From NCBI RefSeq assembly GCF_006345805.1, contig NW_021833458.1, forward strand, positions 10,371 to 74,370: a stretch of DNA of 64,000 nucleotides, written 5' to 3'. Below, in pieces: positions 50,856-64,000 of this stretch (its first letter is position 1; each line of letters begins with the position of its first letter). The notes below the pieces were generated by a model. That model saw only the letters and a program-made list of their open reading frames with translations, had not been told where the DNA came from and did not search any database. Both the position numbers and the translations under genes were made by a program. Source of the DNA: Octopus sinensis (Eukaryota).

Positions 50856-52302
50856 ATAGTAAACCGTTGCGCGTGTTTGATGAGTTTACGCCAAATAGGC
50901 ACAAGTGATGCACTTTACATAAAGAAATATCTCGAAATCTTTGGAAGCGAATCAAGATATTTCGCCGCTAGTGAGAAGATTGCGTATAAACATCAACAGT
51001 GAAAGGAGAACCATTTCCTTGGTGATATTCAATTTGTTTCTTCTCATAATTAACTGTTTCTTGCATAGCAGGCATTATTTCTATATTGTTGTTGTGCTAA
51101 ACGGGATCGTGATAGATTTAAGAGGTGGTTTTTTCTTATCCTATATACAATTCAGTAATCGCATAAAACACATTTTTTAGATAGTTTAGTCAGCGATGAA
51201 AAGCTATTGTTCATGTCCAGAGCATTGGTGCCTAGTGTAAGGAAGAGAGGAGGTAATACTCAGGCTTGAAAGTCTAACCGCAATACTTGCAACAGAAGGA
51301 CCTCTGTAAATGACATCCAAGTGTGAAGAATGGGAGTTAAGTAGGGAAACGGTGTACCTCTCTGTCTTTAATCGTATAGTAAGGAGGTAAGATCCTACTC
51401 CCTGCGATATGGCTTCAAATCCCACCGAAATCAACTGTCTTAATCCTTTCAAGATCTATATAAAAATTACTAATTTTAGAGAGTTGGATTGGTGGGGCAG
51501 AGAAAGAGAGGATCGGAGAGAAAAACTTTTTTTTTTTGTTCAATACGTTCGCAAGTGTAATATCCGCACAGTCGATGGGCTTTCTTTGGTAATTTTGACA
51601 TTTTAGAATATTCTCCTCCCTTCCTGTTTTTGCTGGGAGAAGGGAGGAAAATATCCTAAAACCAGCTACCTAGCTAGAATGCAGACAGGACTCCATTGAT
51701 CCCACACAAAGTTCAACATGGTCCCCTATTCAACCGGGTGACAGATTGAATATACCACTCAAGAAAATCATCTTGAACATAGAACTTGGAATGCTTAACA
51801 TTAAAACAAATATGAGGAAGCATTGTGTCCTACGTTATTAGAATGGTGCCAATCCTCCATCCAGTATTGGTCCTGCCTTGGGTACTTTGGAAAGGAAAAG
51901 AAAGCCAAGTTTGTCACGACGGGATATGAACACATGTCGTCGACATTCGGCATAAACACAACGAGGCATTCAATCTAATGCATCAAAGAAATATATCGAT
52001 ACGTTTGCTTACGATCCAAGAAAAGAAACAGTTCCTGCAATGGGCTTTCTTGGGTTTTCGACAAGTAGATTTCATTGAGAATCCCCAAGTTAAACCGAAA
52101 GAAACTCATACAAAATATTTGCAAGATGTGTCGCACTTTCAGTTCTAACTTGAAACTCGTCTGTTTCGAAATTTTCTTAAACATTTTCATGCTTACGCCC
52201 ATTCTCACCGACGAGCAAAAACACATGGATACGAGAAAGGATCTAAGTCGTGGCTATACTGTCTTTTTGTACGTAATGAACTACAATGCTAAATATATAC
52301 AG

Positions 52303-52533
52303 GGCGGCGAGCTGGCAGAAACGTTAGCACCCCGGGCGAAATGCGTAGCCGTATTTCTACTGTCTTTACGACCTAAGTTCAAATTCCGCCAAGGTCGACT
52401 TTGCCTTTCATCCTGTCGGGGTCGATTAAATAAGTACCAGTTACGCACTGGGGTCGAAATAATCGACTTAATCTGTTTGCCTGTCCTTGTTTGTCCTCTC
52501 TGTGTTTAGCCCCTTGCTGGTAGTAAAGAAATA
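52303..52533 (+). mobile_element. SINE family B with 21-bp TSD
   Basis: gaactacaatgctaaatatat at 52278-52298 and 52534-52554. Confidence 0.9.
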
Positions 52534-52606
52534 GAACTACAATGCTAAATATATTCCTCATTAGTCAAAAGACTAGAATACGATTTCAAATAGATAATTT
52601 ATTTTT

Positions 52607-52830
52607 AACTACCCACAAGGGGCTAAACACAGAGAGGACAAAGAAGAACAGACAAACGGATTAAATCGATTACATCGACCCCAGTGTATAACTGGTACTT
52701 AGTTTATCTACCCCGAAAGGATGAAAGGCAAAGTCGACCTCGGCGGAATTTGAACTCAGAACGTAACGGCGGGCGAAATACGGCTACACATTTCGCCCTG
52801 CGTGCTAACGTTTTTGCTAGCTCGCCGCCT
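52607..52830 (-). mobile_element. SINE family B, tail-to-tail with the previous copy
   Basis: Full-length reverse copy. Confidence 0.88.
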
Positions 52831-53829
52831 ATTTCAAACAGATAATTGCAATGCTAATTATGCTTATCGGCTGTGTGGAAACTTCGTTCTCTAAATGCTC
52901 TCTTTGCCACTAATTTTGTAAGATTTTTAATTAAATACGTATTGTTTACGGTTATTTAAGAATTACGTGTTTCGATTTTAGCTTAAATTAGGAAATGGTG
53001 GAATGTAAGCGACACCAGTAATCGACAGTTGCTTTAGGATTCACGTGCAGAAAGGTGGAAGAGAAGTATTATCTACATTCAACATGGTTTGAATACATCA
53101 TGTGAAACCGGCGTAATTCACACGGCATGATATTTTTAGTCACACTCTACGAAAAAAAGGTACTTCATAGCTTTTTTCTACATGAATGATAAATTTTAGT
53201 ATTTTTCTAGCCTGGCAGGAATCAAAGTGGTGAATACGCAAAGTCTTTAGATTATAGGTTAGAATGTTAATTGGCATTTGTTCTGACTCCCTGCGATGTG
53301 GCTTCAAATCCCACCAAATCAACTGCCTTCATCCGTTAAAGGTCTATATAAAAATTACTAATTCATAGGGTTGGATTATTGGAGCAGATAAAGAGAAGGT
53401 CGGACAGAAAGACTTGTGCTTTCTTTTTTGGTTCAGTACGTTCTCAAGTGCAATAACGATGGGCTTTCCTTGGCAATCTTGCATAACAAAGCATACAAGT
53501 TTCCCCTTTCCACGATGTTGTAGGTAGAGGATCTTGCATGCTGCTAAAAGGAATCTTACATTGCAGACACCTGCTCAACATTGGCCGACGGTGGTCCTCT
53601 GTAGCATGGAGGAATCAAATATCGAACTCGGCTTTGTTGATGACCAAAAACAAATAAATAGATAAATAAGATAATTATTATTGTCGCAAGCAACCTAAGT
53701 GCTGATGTAGTTATTTCATTTGTTAGAAATAGCGAGCGTATTTGTTCATATTGCAAATTGCTTCGTTAGCAACATGGAGGATACATCAGATAGAGCTCCT
53801 AAATATACAGAAGATAGGGCTCCTAAATA

Positions 53830-53985
53830 CTGAATATACCTTATTTACATTATTTAAATTTGACGGATATTTGTCCTCATCTTGTTTGTTAAAACACCGT
53901 TTCGGCTGATATAACCTCCAGCCTTCATCAGGTGTCTTGGAGAAATTTCGAACCTGGGTTCTCATTCCTAAGGGTTTTTTTTCGA

Positions 53986-54033
<48 letters not shown>

Positions 54034-54230
54034 GGTCACTGCCTGGAATCAAGCTCGGAATCTTGGGATTAGTAGCCCGCTCACTTAATCACTACGCCAT
54101 ATGCCCGTGGCATAGTGGTATATCAGCCGAAACGTTGTTTTAGCAACAAACAAGATGGGGACAACTATCCGTCAAAGGTAAATAATGTAAATAATGTACA
54201 TAATTCCTCATCTCTTAAATATAGAACTGC
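53830..54230 (-). mobile_element. Composite element: tRNA-like head + (AAT)n + hammerhead-bearing Penelope-like tail, with inverted terminal copy
   Basis: Inverted arms 53841-53913 and 54119-54194; minus strand gacac CTGATGA a ggctg..cagcc GAAAC ggt gtttt. Confidence 0.65.
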
Positions 54231-54275
54231 TTTATTTAATATATGGTTTTCAATATAATTCTGCTTCTTCTCCTT

Positions 54276-54575
54276 GCGCCCTTTTCAAGCCTGGCCAGGC
54301 TCATGGGCCCGGTTTCCTGGTTTCTATGGCGTATGTGTTCCCCCCAACTTGACAGGACGCCAGTCCATTGCAGCGTTACTCAAGAAACAGGAAAAAAGAG
54401 TGAGAGAAAGTTGTGGCGAAAGAGTACAACAGGGGTTGCCACCACCCTCTGCCGAAACTTCGTGGAGCTTTATGTGTTTTCGCTCAGTAAACACACAACG
54501 CTGGGACTGGGAATCGAAACCACGATCCTCCGTCCGCGAGTCCGCTGCTCTAACCACTGGGCCATTACGCCTCCA
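54276..54575 (-). mobile_element. SINE family C
   Basis: Homologous to 11967-12207. Confidence 0.75.
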
Positions 54576-54764
54576 CATAATTCTGCTTAGTGGGACTTAT
54601 TCGGAGCTAACCAACAACAATAACAGCTACACCGAAACGTTTATGTCTTCTGTTTCTGCTTATACACGAAACTTTATATTTTCTGTTGATATTTTCCTAA
54701 CTTGAGAAGACATAGTGTTTACATAAGCTAATTGAAAATAAACTCTGATCTAAATTCTCTTTTT

Positions 54765-55172
54765 TCGCTTTTTCTCTTTTTACTTGTTTCAGTCATTTGA
54801 CTGCGGCCATGCTGGAGCACCACCTTTAGTCGAGCAAATCGACCCGGGACTTATTCTGTAAGCCCAGTACTTATTCTATCGGTCTTTTTGCCGCCGAACC
54901 GCTAAGTTACGAGGGTACGTAAACACACCAGCATCGGTTGTCAAGCAATGCTAGGGGAACAACACAGACACACAAACATATTCACACACACTTATATATA
55001 TATACATATATACGACAGGCTTCTTTCAGTTTCCGTCTAACAAATCCACTCACAAGGCATTGGTCGGCCCGAGGCTATAGCAGAAGACACTTGCCCAAGA
55101 TGCCACGCAGTGGGACTGAACCCGGAACCATGTGGTTGGTTAGCAAGCTACTTACCAAACAGCCACTCCTGC
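54765..55172 (-). mobile_element. SINE family A, full length
   Basis: Near consensus. Confidence 0.9.
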
Positions 55173-55188
55173 GAAGTTTTTTTTAGGT

Positions 55189-55450
55189 GCAGGAGTGGCT
55201 GTGTGATAAGTAGTTTGCTTACGAACCACATGGTTCCGAGTTCATTCCCACTGCGTGACACCTTGGGCAAGTGGCTTCTACTATATCCTCGGGCCGACCA
55301 AAGCCTTGTGAGTGGATTTGGTAGACGGAAACTGAAAGAACCCCGTCGATTTTATATAGGTGTAGCCAAGTAATAAAGCAGTAGGTATTTAAAATAAAAA
55401 TTATTTTTATATGGTGAGATGAAGGGGCCTACTATCTCTAAATTAAAATG

Positions 55451-55501
<51 letters not shown>

Positions 55502-55715
55502 TGTGTGTGTGTGTGTATACGTTTGTGTGTCTGTGTTTGTCCTCCCAACATCGCTTGACAATCGATGCTGCTGTGTTTACGTCCCCGTAACTTAGCGGTT
55601 CCGCAAAAGAGACCGATAGAATAAGTACTAGGCTTCCAAAGAATAAGTTCTGGGGTCGATTTGCACGACTAAAGGCGGTGCTCCAGCATGGCCACAGTCA
55701 AATGACTGAAACAAG
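55189..55715 (+). mobile_element. SINE family A, head-to-head with the previous copy
   Basis: 16-nt spacer; about 110 bp extra AT-rich sequence in the microsatellite slot. Confidence 0.85.
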
Positions 55716-56282
55716 GAATTACAATCTAATAAGAATACTTTGTATGCCTAAGGAAGATTTTTTTTCAGAAGACTAATGATTGCCTAGATATACAAGACAA
55801 CTAGTATTTCTATACTGTGATGATCTATGTGAATTTCACATATGTAGTTGACACTATTTCCAAAAGTATAAAGCTCTTAGCACCTCATTGGGAATAATTA
55901 ATTTGGATCTGATCCATCCTTCTTCATCAAACAAACATAAAGCTGATTAATAAGTAGACGATTATCTGTGAGAAAAGTGAAGGACCAACACTATTTAATG
56001 AGAAAAAACAAAGGCGTTTATACGTTGTCTGTCATTAAATTTCGACATGATAATGTAGATAAACCTCAACATCTGCCACAGACAATGTGAATTTGAAAAA
56101 TGACTAGGAAATAAGGCTGTCACTCACTACTGCCATCAATGTTGTTTCTAGAAATTCTGACGCATAAATTTGCATTAAATGGAAACTATAGCTCAAAATG
56201 AAAGCATCGAAATGTTTCGTTAGTATTATATCCCAGCCAAAATATCAATTAGTTTTCCCTGGTATAATACTTCCATACTAAA

Positions 56283-56514
56283 AGGCGGCGAGCTGGCAGA
56301 AACGGTAGCACGCCGGGCGAAATGCTTAGCAGTATTTCGTCTGCAGCTACGTTCTGAGTTCAAATTCCGCCGAGGTTGACTTTGCCTTTCATTCTTTCTG
56401 GCTCGATTAACTAAGTACCAGTTACGCACTGGGGTCGATATAATCGACTTAATCCGTTTTTCTGTCTTTGTTTGTCCCTTCTGTGTTTAGCTCCTAGTGT
56501 TTAGTAAAGAAATA
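56283..56514 (+). mobile_element. SINE family B with 21-bp TSD
   Basis: ggtataatacttccatactaa at 56261-56281 and 56515-56535. Confidence 0.9.
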
Positions 56515-56679
56515 GGTATAATACTTCCATACTAATTTTTTATTGCTATTAGTCCAGGTAAATACTGAGCTAACCAGCAACTAATACCGAAACGAAAAGT
56601 AAATACTCGATCAAAAGCATTGAAACCATAGTAAATCCAGCTGTGTCAAGTAAAACGTAATTTCAATATTAGTTCTTAC

Positions 56680-57070
56680 TCTCTCTATATAAAGCTGAAG
56701 TTGTCTGTGTGTGGCAGGTTTGGTAGACTTCAACTAACACTATCTCCTCCTAGACCCTGCGGCGCAAGTTGAGCAAAATTGAGAGTACGATAGAAGAAGG
56801 CTTGCTCTTCCTTCTGTAGAAGAAAAAAATTCAAATCGGACCATGTTAACACCAAAAATTATTTATATCAAAAAGGTACTTTTTTTTCTATGAAAATCCC
56901 TATTTTTTACGATTGTTTGACTGCTGTGTCGCCATTTTTCAGTGTATTTCAACCAGAAAATGTTCACTTAAAGAGAATAACAAGCTACATAATGCAAAAC
57001 TTTTACTTTTCAAAAATTTCAATTTTAAAGGTCTGAAACAAACCCGCGCAACGCCGGATGATACTGCTAG
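56680..57070 (+). mobile_element. Non-autonomous Helitron, copy 2
   Basis: Colinear with 25228-25600; ccgcgcaacgccgg hairpin; CTAG|t end. Confidence 0.8.
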
Positions 57071-57484
57071 TCTTGTATAAAGGGAACATGTTCTTTAATG
57101 AGAAATTAATGGTTATTTTTATAAAAACAGTCATGGAGAGGCATTAAGTTGGTACTCCCACACTAATTAACCAATTTCATTTAGTAACTAATTTACAATA
57201 GTTATATTAAAACGTGTGTCCGGTGACACAGATATTTCTACGAGGAATGTCGTCTTTTTCTTAAGAGTAACAATGAACTGTCATCTAGAATTTGAGCCAC
57301 ACTTCTCTTAGTGACTGCTCAAGCATAACAATCGTTATTGTGACGCTGTGACTGACAGATATATTTATCTTCCCCTTATGTAGCAGTCGCGTCACATGTC
57401 AAGTCGATTATTTTCCTAGGACCGTCTCGTCTCTCTCTCTCACCATATATGCGTATGTGTGTGGGTATTGGAGCATGTGTGACG

Positions 57485-57543
57485 GCATATATATATTATA
57501 TATATATATATATATATTATATTATATATATATTATATATATA

Positions 57544-57576
<33 letters not shown>

Positions 57577-57627
57577 TATGTATATTATATCTATATATTA
57601 TGTAATATAGATATATATTATAGTATG

Positions 57628-57667
<40 letters not shown>

Positions 57668-57674
57668 GTATTAT

Positions 57675-57705
<31 letters not shown>

Positions 57706-57857
57706 AATATGTATATATATATATATATATGTATATATATAGATATATATATATATGTATATATAGATATATGTATATATATATATATATGTATATAATA
57801 TATATATATGTATATATATGTATATATATTATGTATATATATATATGTATATATGTA

Positions 57858-57897
<40 letters not shown>

Positions 57898-58459
57898 TAT
57901 ATTATATATATGTATATAATATATATATGGATATAATATAATATATATATGTATTATCTATATATATGTATATATATATATATGTGTATATATATATATT
58001 ATATGTGTATATATATATAGATAATATTAGTATATATATAATATGTGTTATATATATATATAATGTATAATATATACTATGGTGTATATATATATATATA
58101 TGTATATATATATAGATGTTATTATATATATATATATATATGATATATATATATGTTATATATATATAATATTGTATGATATATTATAGATGTATATATA
58201 TATATATCGTATATATATATATAAGTATATATATATATGTATATCTATAATATATAGTATATGTATATATATATATGTATATGTATATATATATATGTAT
58301 ATGTATATATATTATGTATATGTATGTAATATATATATATTATGTATATGTATATCTATATATATATGTATATATATATGTATATTATATGTATCGATAT
58401 ATGTATATATATATGTATATATATATGTATATAATATGTATATATATATGTAATATATA

Positions 58460-58512
<53 letters not shown>

Positions 58513-58515
58513 ACG
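57485..58515. repeat. ~1-kb degenerate (AT)n/(ATGT)n array
   Basis: Direct reading. Confidence 0.95.
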
Positions 58516-59544
58516 CACATACACATACCATCGCACATATACACACGCATACCACATGCACACACGCACCACCACACACCGCACGTATGTATATTTGTAT
58601 ATGTCATTCTCCAAGTTTGCGTGTTCTAGTTTGTAGCACATAAGTCTCCTCCCAGCATTCTCTGTCGGAGAGATTGCAGTAGAAAGAAACAAAACATATG
58701 TAGCAAAAACGTTACGGAGAAAAGTATCGCCTTGCTGTAAAACCCTGCAATCTTGAAATATATCCGATGTCTCTAAGAAAGGAAGAAAGAAAGAATGAAA
58801 CGAAAGCGAGAAAGAAATAAAGAAAGAAAGAAAAATGCCGAGAAGCAAACAAACAAAGGTTTATAATACATTACTTGTCTGCCTTTGCCATGTTTTCTTC
58901 ACCGAAATAAGAAAATTTCAAACTATTTTCCTTCGCTTTGTTCCCTAATTTTCTCATACATATGCTTCTCATAACTTTTCCTCATAGACTTGATCACATG
59001 TTTGCGCCAAAAAGAATTCTGCAAACTTCCTGTATAGTCAAAATAACATCCTTCTTTATTCCCAAATAATATAGACTCAAGCACAGCTATATCTTGATAT
59101 AGTGACAGAAATAACTAAAAGACAGACATATTAAAAGCATATAAATATACGTTTATAACTACAAATTCCTAACAATGTTGCCAAGGATACATTTGTAATA
59201 TCAGTCCTCCTTCTAGGCGTAGTAACTAAATTTTCATTAACCCATAAACCCGTTCCTTAATAAAATGACCACATTGGCTTGTAAGATTAATGATATAGAA
59301 TACCTTGGCTCGGACCGGGTGACATAGTTTTAACCTTAATCTATTCAATCAGTGAAAAAGGGGATTTCTACCCCATATAGTATACGTAATGATGGACTGC
59401 CTATATGGCAGAACATTTGCGCTCTCCGCGCTGGTCATGTAAGGGTTATGTTGATTTTCTTAAACGGTGCTGGCGTTGCTTTGTGGAAAGCAGTTTGTTT
59501 CCCAGCTACATGATGCTGGGGTCAGTGTTTGTTTCTTCTCGAGT

Positions 59545-59790
59545 CACGCCTGGCTCATAAGGACTGGTTTCCCGGTTTCCTTGGCGTATAGGTCCGTCGC
59601 AGGTGAGCTGCAAGATGCAGGGGGAAAGAGTGAGAGAAAGTCGTGGCGAAAGAGTCAGTAGAAGTTCGCCATTACCTTCTGCCGGAGCCGCGTGGAGCTT
59701 AAGTTTTCGCTCATAAACACACACATCGTCCGGTCTGAGATTCGAACCCGCGATCCCTCGACCGCGAATCCGCTGCTCCATGTGCCTCCA
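59545..59790 (-). mobile_element. SINE family C
   Basis: Homologous to 54276-54575. Confidence 0.7.
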
Positions 59791-59906
59791 CTTCTAGGTT
59801 CAGTGCAATTGTGTGACGCATTGTGCTAATGCTTTCGATTGTAGCTCCGGGACGGCCAAGGTATGTGAGTGGATTTGACAAGCGGAAACTAAAACAAGCG
59901 CGTCTG

Positions 59907-59981
<75 letters not shown>

Positions 59982-60457
59982 CTCTGTGTGTGTGCGTGTG
60001 AGAGAGAGAGAGAGGGAGAGAGAGGGAGAGGGAGAGAGAGGAAGAGGGAGAGAGAGAGACGCAGAGGGTCTCAGTATAGAAAGCACTTGGTAGCGATCCA
60101 ATGATTCGAACTCCGATGTCTTTACGAGGGACGATTTCCTTGAGGTAAAGACGGCTGTAAGAGCAATCAAGGTGAGCAGATGTGGAGGCATTCATGCGGA
60201 TGAAAAAAAAATTGAATATAACAGCTTGGGATTGATTTAGAAAAAGCGAGAAAGAAAAGTCTGAATACATTAGACGATGAATATTTAAGTATAAATATAT
60301 AGATATTTATATCGAATGATCAAATTAACACTGAGTACAAACGACAGAGAAAATAATTAAAGATAAATTGACAAAAGGTATTATTGAGTAAACTTTACCG
60401 CGACAGTATTTGAGCTTACATGCGATACATATATACATACACACACACACACACATA

Positions 60458-60514
<57 letters not shown>

Positions 60515-60639
60515 ATATTTATATATATATATATATATATATATAGATATATATATAAAATATATATATGATATTATTATATATATATATATATAGAGAG
60601 ATAGAGAGAGGAGAGAGAGATTTCACGAAAAAAACAAAA

Positions 60640-60812
60640 CAAGACGAAGACATGTGGTGTAGAAACAATTGATAGTATAACGCTCAGAATAGAAAAAGTC
60701 TTTTACGTTTCGAGCCTACGATCTCTACAGAACGGGACACGAAAAAACAAGGAGACAAACAATGAGAAAAAAAAATGTGTGTAGTGGCTAACGATCTATC
60801 ACGGCGACTGAT
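60640..60812 (-). mobile_element. Penelope-like LTR repeat (family of 1346-1520) with hammerhead-like motif
   Basis: Minus strand TT CTGTAGA GATC GTAG GCTC GAAAC GTA AA. Confidence 0.5.
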
Positions 60813-60837
60813 ATATAATATATATATATATATATAA

Positions 60838-60879
<42 letters not shown>

Positions 60880-61402
60880 ATATATATATTGTGAGAGGGG
60901 GTTGTATGTGTATTTTTATATGTATATAAATGCATGTATACTGAAATACATGTATGTCTATATATATACATAATTGTGTATAGAGTACGCGTTTCTTTTC
61001 CTTGTGGTAGAATATAATGTACGTAACTTTATAGTGTATGTCACGCGCACTAGTCATACCTATATCATTTCTATCTACATATTCATGTTAAAGTGCATGA
61101 GATTCCAGGTTTCGTAGAGATGTAGTGAGAGCGAAATATTTCCCACAATGCTTTGTTGCGTGCAGACATTCTACTAAATATTTTCTCTTCTCATTTCCAG
61201 CCATATTTTCAAAGCGCAACAAATAAGCACTGCTTGTCTTCAGTAGAAACTATCTGTAGAAGAACTAAAGATATCCAGCGATTCAAGCACACGCTACGTA
61301 CTTGCACATACTCACATGCTCTGCCAAACATACATATACAATTATATCTTCATATGCACTCAATAACATACATGCGTTCAAGCATTCATGCATGTGTATA
61401 TA

Positions 61403-62162
61403 CTCTTTTATTTGTTTCAGTCGTTTGACTGTGGCCATGCTGGAGCAGCGTCTCTAGTCGAGCACATCGACCCCTGGACTTATTCTTTGTAAGCCTAGTA
61501 CTTATTTTATCGGTCTCTTTTGCGGAACCGCTAAGTTACGGGGACGTATACACACCGGCATCGGTTGTCAAGCGATGTTGAAGGGACAAACACAGACACA
61601 CAAACGTATACCCACACACACATACATATATATATATACTATAGCCTCGGACCGACCAAATCCTTCTGAGTGGATGTGGTAGATGGAAACTGAAAGAAGC
61701 CCGTCGTATATATGTATATATGTGTGTGTATGTGTGAGTGTGTATATGTTTGTGTGTCTGTGTTTGTCCCCCCCAACATCACTTGACAACCGATGCTGGT
61801 GTGTTTATGTCCCCGTAACTTAGCGGTTCGGCAAAAGAGACCGATTGAATAATTACTCGGTTACAAAGAATAAGTTCTGGGGTCGATTTGTTCGACTAAG
61901 GCGGTGCTCCAGCATGGCCATAGTCATATGACTGAAACAAGTAAAAGAGAACACATCGGCCGATGTGTTCTCTTTTACTTGTTTCAGTCATTTGACTATG
62001 GCCATGCTGGAGCACCGCCTTTAGTCGAACAAATCGACCCCAGAACTTATTCTTTGTAACCGAGTAATTATTCAATCGGTCTCTTTTGCCGAACCGCTAA
62101 GTTACGGGGACATAAACACACCAGCATCGGTTGTCAAGTGATGTTGGGGGGACAAACACAGA
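61403..62162. mobile_element. Cluster of three SINE family A segments (-, +, -) including a near-perfect palindrome
   Basis: 61403-61620 (-), 61639-61950 (+), 61970-62162 (-). Confidence 0.88.
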
Positions 62163-62946
62163 GATACTGAGGAGTACATGATGTAAATTTACATATATTA
62201 AGCCAGGAAAATCCGCGATGTACAGAAGGCACGATTAGGTGAACCGCGATATTACGAGTGATTAATGTACATGTACTCTCATGTGACCATATTTATTGAA
62301 ACGCCTGTGCTTACATATAAATGTATGTATACACGGATGTATCTATACTTACAAGTTCTAGCAATTCTCCGTATGTGCTGATATATTCCTTTACACACAC
62401 AAGCACAAACGCCTATTTATATACATATAATCATTGCTCACAAAAACGCTATAGTATAGAAAGAAAAGTTTATATATATATACATGTATTATATATACAC
62501 TTGATGCATAAATCATGTCGTATAGGCATAGAAATGCACAGGGAGAATTACTGACTCACACAAGCACACATGAATTCAATCATACGCTTGACATGCCTAT
62601 GCGTTCACAAACACGCAAGCATATATGCGGATATATTGAATAACAAAAACATCGCCATTAATTCTCACAATCTAAAAATATATATATATCCCACACATTT
62701 ACTAATGTATACACAACTTTTCATACCAATCTACATACAGTCCTTACTTAGAGCCTTTGAATATACCTGCTCAATGTTCCCTCGTCTCCCGACCATTCAT
62801 TTCATTTTCTCAGTGAGTACGTGTGTATATACATATATATATTTAATATATATATATTATATATATTAATTTATATCTTTAATATATATATATATATATA
62901 TATATTCTATATATATATATATGTAATAGACAATATATGTATATAC

Positions 62947-62978
<32 letters not shown>

Positions 62979-62995
62979 TCATACATACATATATA

Positions 62996-63028
<33 letters not shown>

Positions 63029-63120
63029 CGTACATACATATATATATATATATATATACATAATATATATATACATACTACATACACACCACACCCACAC
63101 ACACCACACACATATATATA

Positions 63121-63152
<32 letters not shown>

Positions 63153-63699
63153 CTATAGATACACACATATAAGGCGACCTGGCACGATCTTTAGCACGCC
63201 AGGCAAGATAATTACCTGCATTTCGTCCGCTTTTACGCCATGATTTCAAATTCCGCTTAGGTCGATTTTACTCTTAAATGCGGTGCTCCAGCACGGCCGC
63301 AGTCAAATGAACTGAAACAATTGAAAGTTTAAAAGAATATATTATTCCTGTGTATTTTCAGATATTGTGGTATTACGCTATGTTTTGTGTTTTCAGCAAT
63401 GAAGTTTTATACAGGTGTGATAATCCATACTTACCTGTGGTACTGCTTTAACTTTGCGTGCTTTCCTCCTGAACGTAGAGTCTATTCGATCAGATATGAA
63501 TAACGCTCCTCCTTTTGCGCATGCTCATAACACATAGGCAGGCGCAGAATATCAACTGGTGCATCATAGCAAAGATTAATGCTCCTTGTATTTGCTAGAA
63601 AAATATCTACATCGTAAATATCTACGTTATGCAATGCACAAACTGCACTTAGGTAGCTGATGGGAACTCTAGCGAGTACTTGTACTTGTACTTATGGCT

Positions 63700-64000
63700 A
63701 AATTCACCCTGAGTGGGTTGAGTCTGCTTCTTCTGTCATGGAAGAAATTTCGTGGGAATATGTGGATTTCACAAGCGGTCCCCAACAATCGCGCAAGTAG
63801 AGACATCCAGTTTGCCGCAGATTGTCCGCAGACGCAGGGACAGAACGACCGAGGATCCGCCCGGTTGCCGAAACAGGCACTCCGAGGATTTTCATCAGAG
63901 GATTTTCATCTCTGCCGGGTTGTGACCCTAATACCCCTCGGTGTCAGACCAATCCGCCTTGGGTGGCCCTACAAGGAACCGAAGTTCCGACGGCATAGCT
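63700..64000 (-). mobile_element. GC-richer segment at the window edge, possibly the 5' region of a LINE
   Basis: Composition shift only; no diagnostic protein motif seen. Confidence 0.25.

Noticed and set aside
58620-58775. Minus-strand exon after a pyrimidine tract
   Set aside because: The tract is an (AAAG)n-like repeat and the donor is weak.
63433-63600. ATACTTACCTG (U1 snRNA 5' end, or a perfect minus-strand donor CAG|GTAAGTAT)
   Set aside because: The U1 match stops after 11 nt. As an exon, all three frames from the nearest acceptor contain stops; at most a non-coding exon.

Overview
AT-rich, repeat-saturated metazoan DNA. The SINE families and microsatellite load point to an octopod cephalopod (inference). 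There is no complete protein-coding gene and no true RNA gene. Nearly all ORFs in the supplied track are microsatellite translations. The window holds about 25 tRNA-derived SINE copies from three families, decayed LINE pieces (R4/Dong, RTE, CR1/L2-group, probable L1/Tx1), Penelope-like repeats, three non-autonomous Helitrons, Tc1/mariner and pogo-like TIR elements, a 3.7-kb satellite of 26-bp units next to an internally deleted Gypsy (Mag-like) LTR element, and a few isolated candidate exons. Highlights: (1) two type-I hammerhead ribozymes with intact catalytic cores (26184-26248, 49169-49219) plus degenerate ones in several fold-back, Penelope-like repeat families, one of which also has a tRNA-like head; (2) a ~73% GC patch inside a MITE that turns into typical local AT-rich microsatellite when G>A and C>T are reversed, suggesting massive AT>GC transition hypermutation; (3) a satellite+LTR block with 32-bp terminal redundancy and 191-bp flanking direct repeats, suggesting insertion from a circular template; (4) triplicated primer-binding sites in the LTR element. 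Scattered indels in homopolymers and microsatellites suggest a noisy long-read assembly, so perfect palindromes and short tandem copies need read-level confirmation. All family assignments are from motif recognition; no database searches were run.
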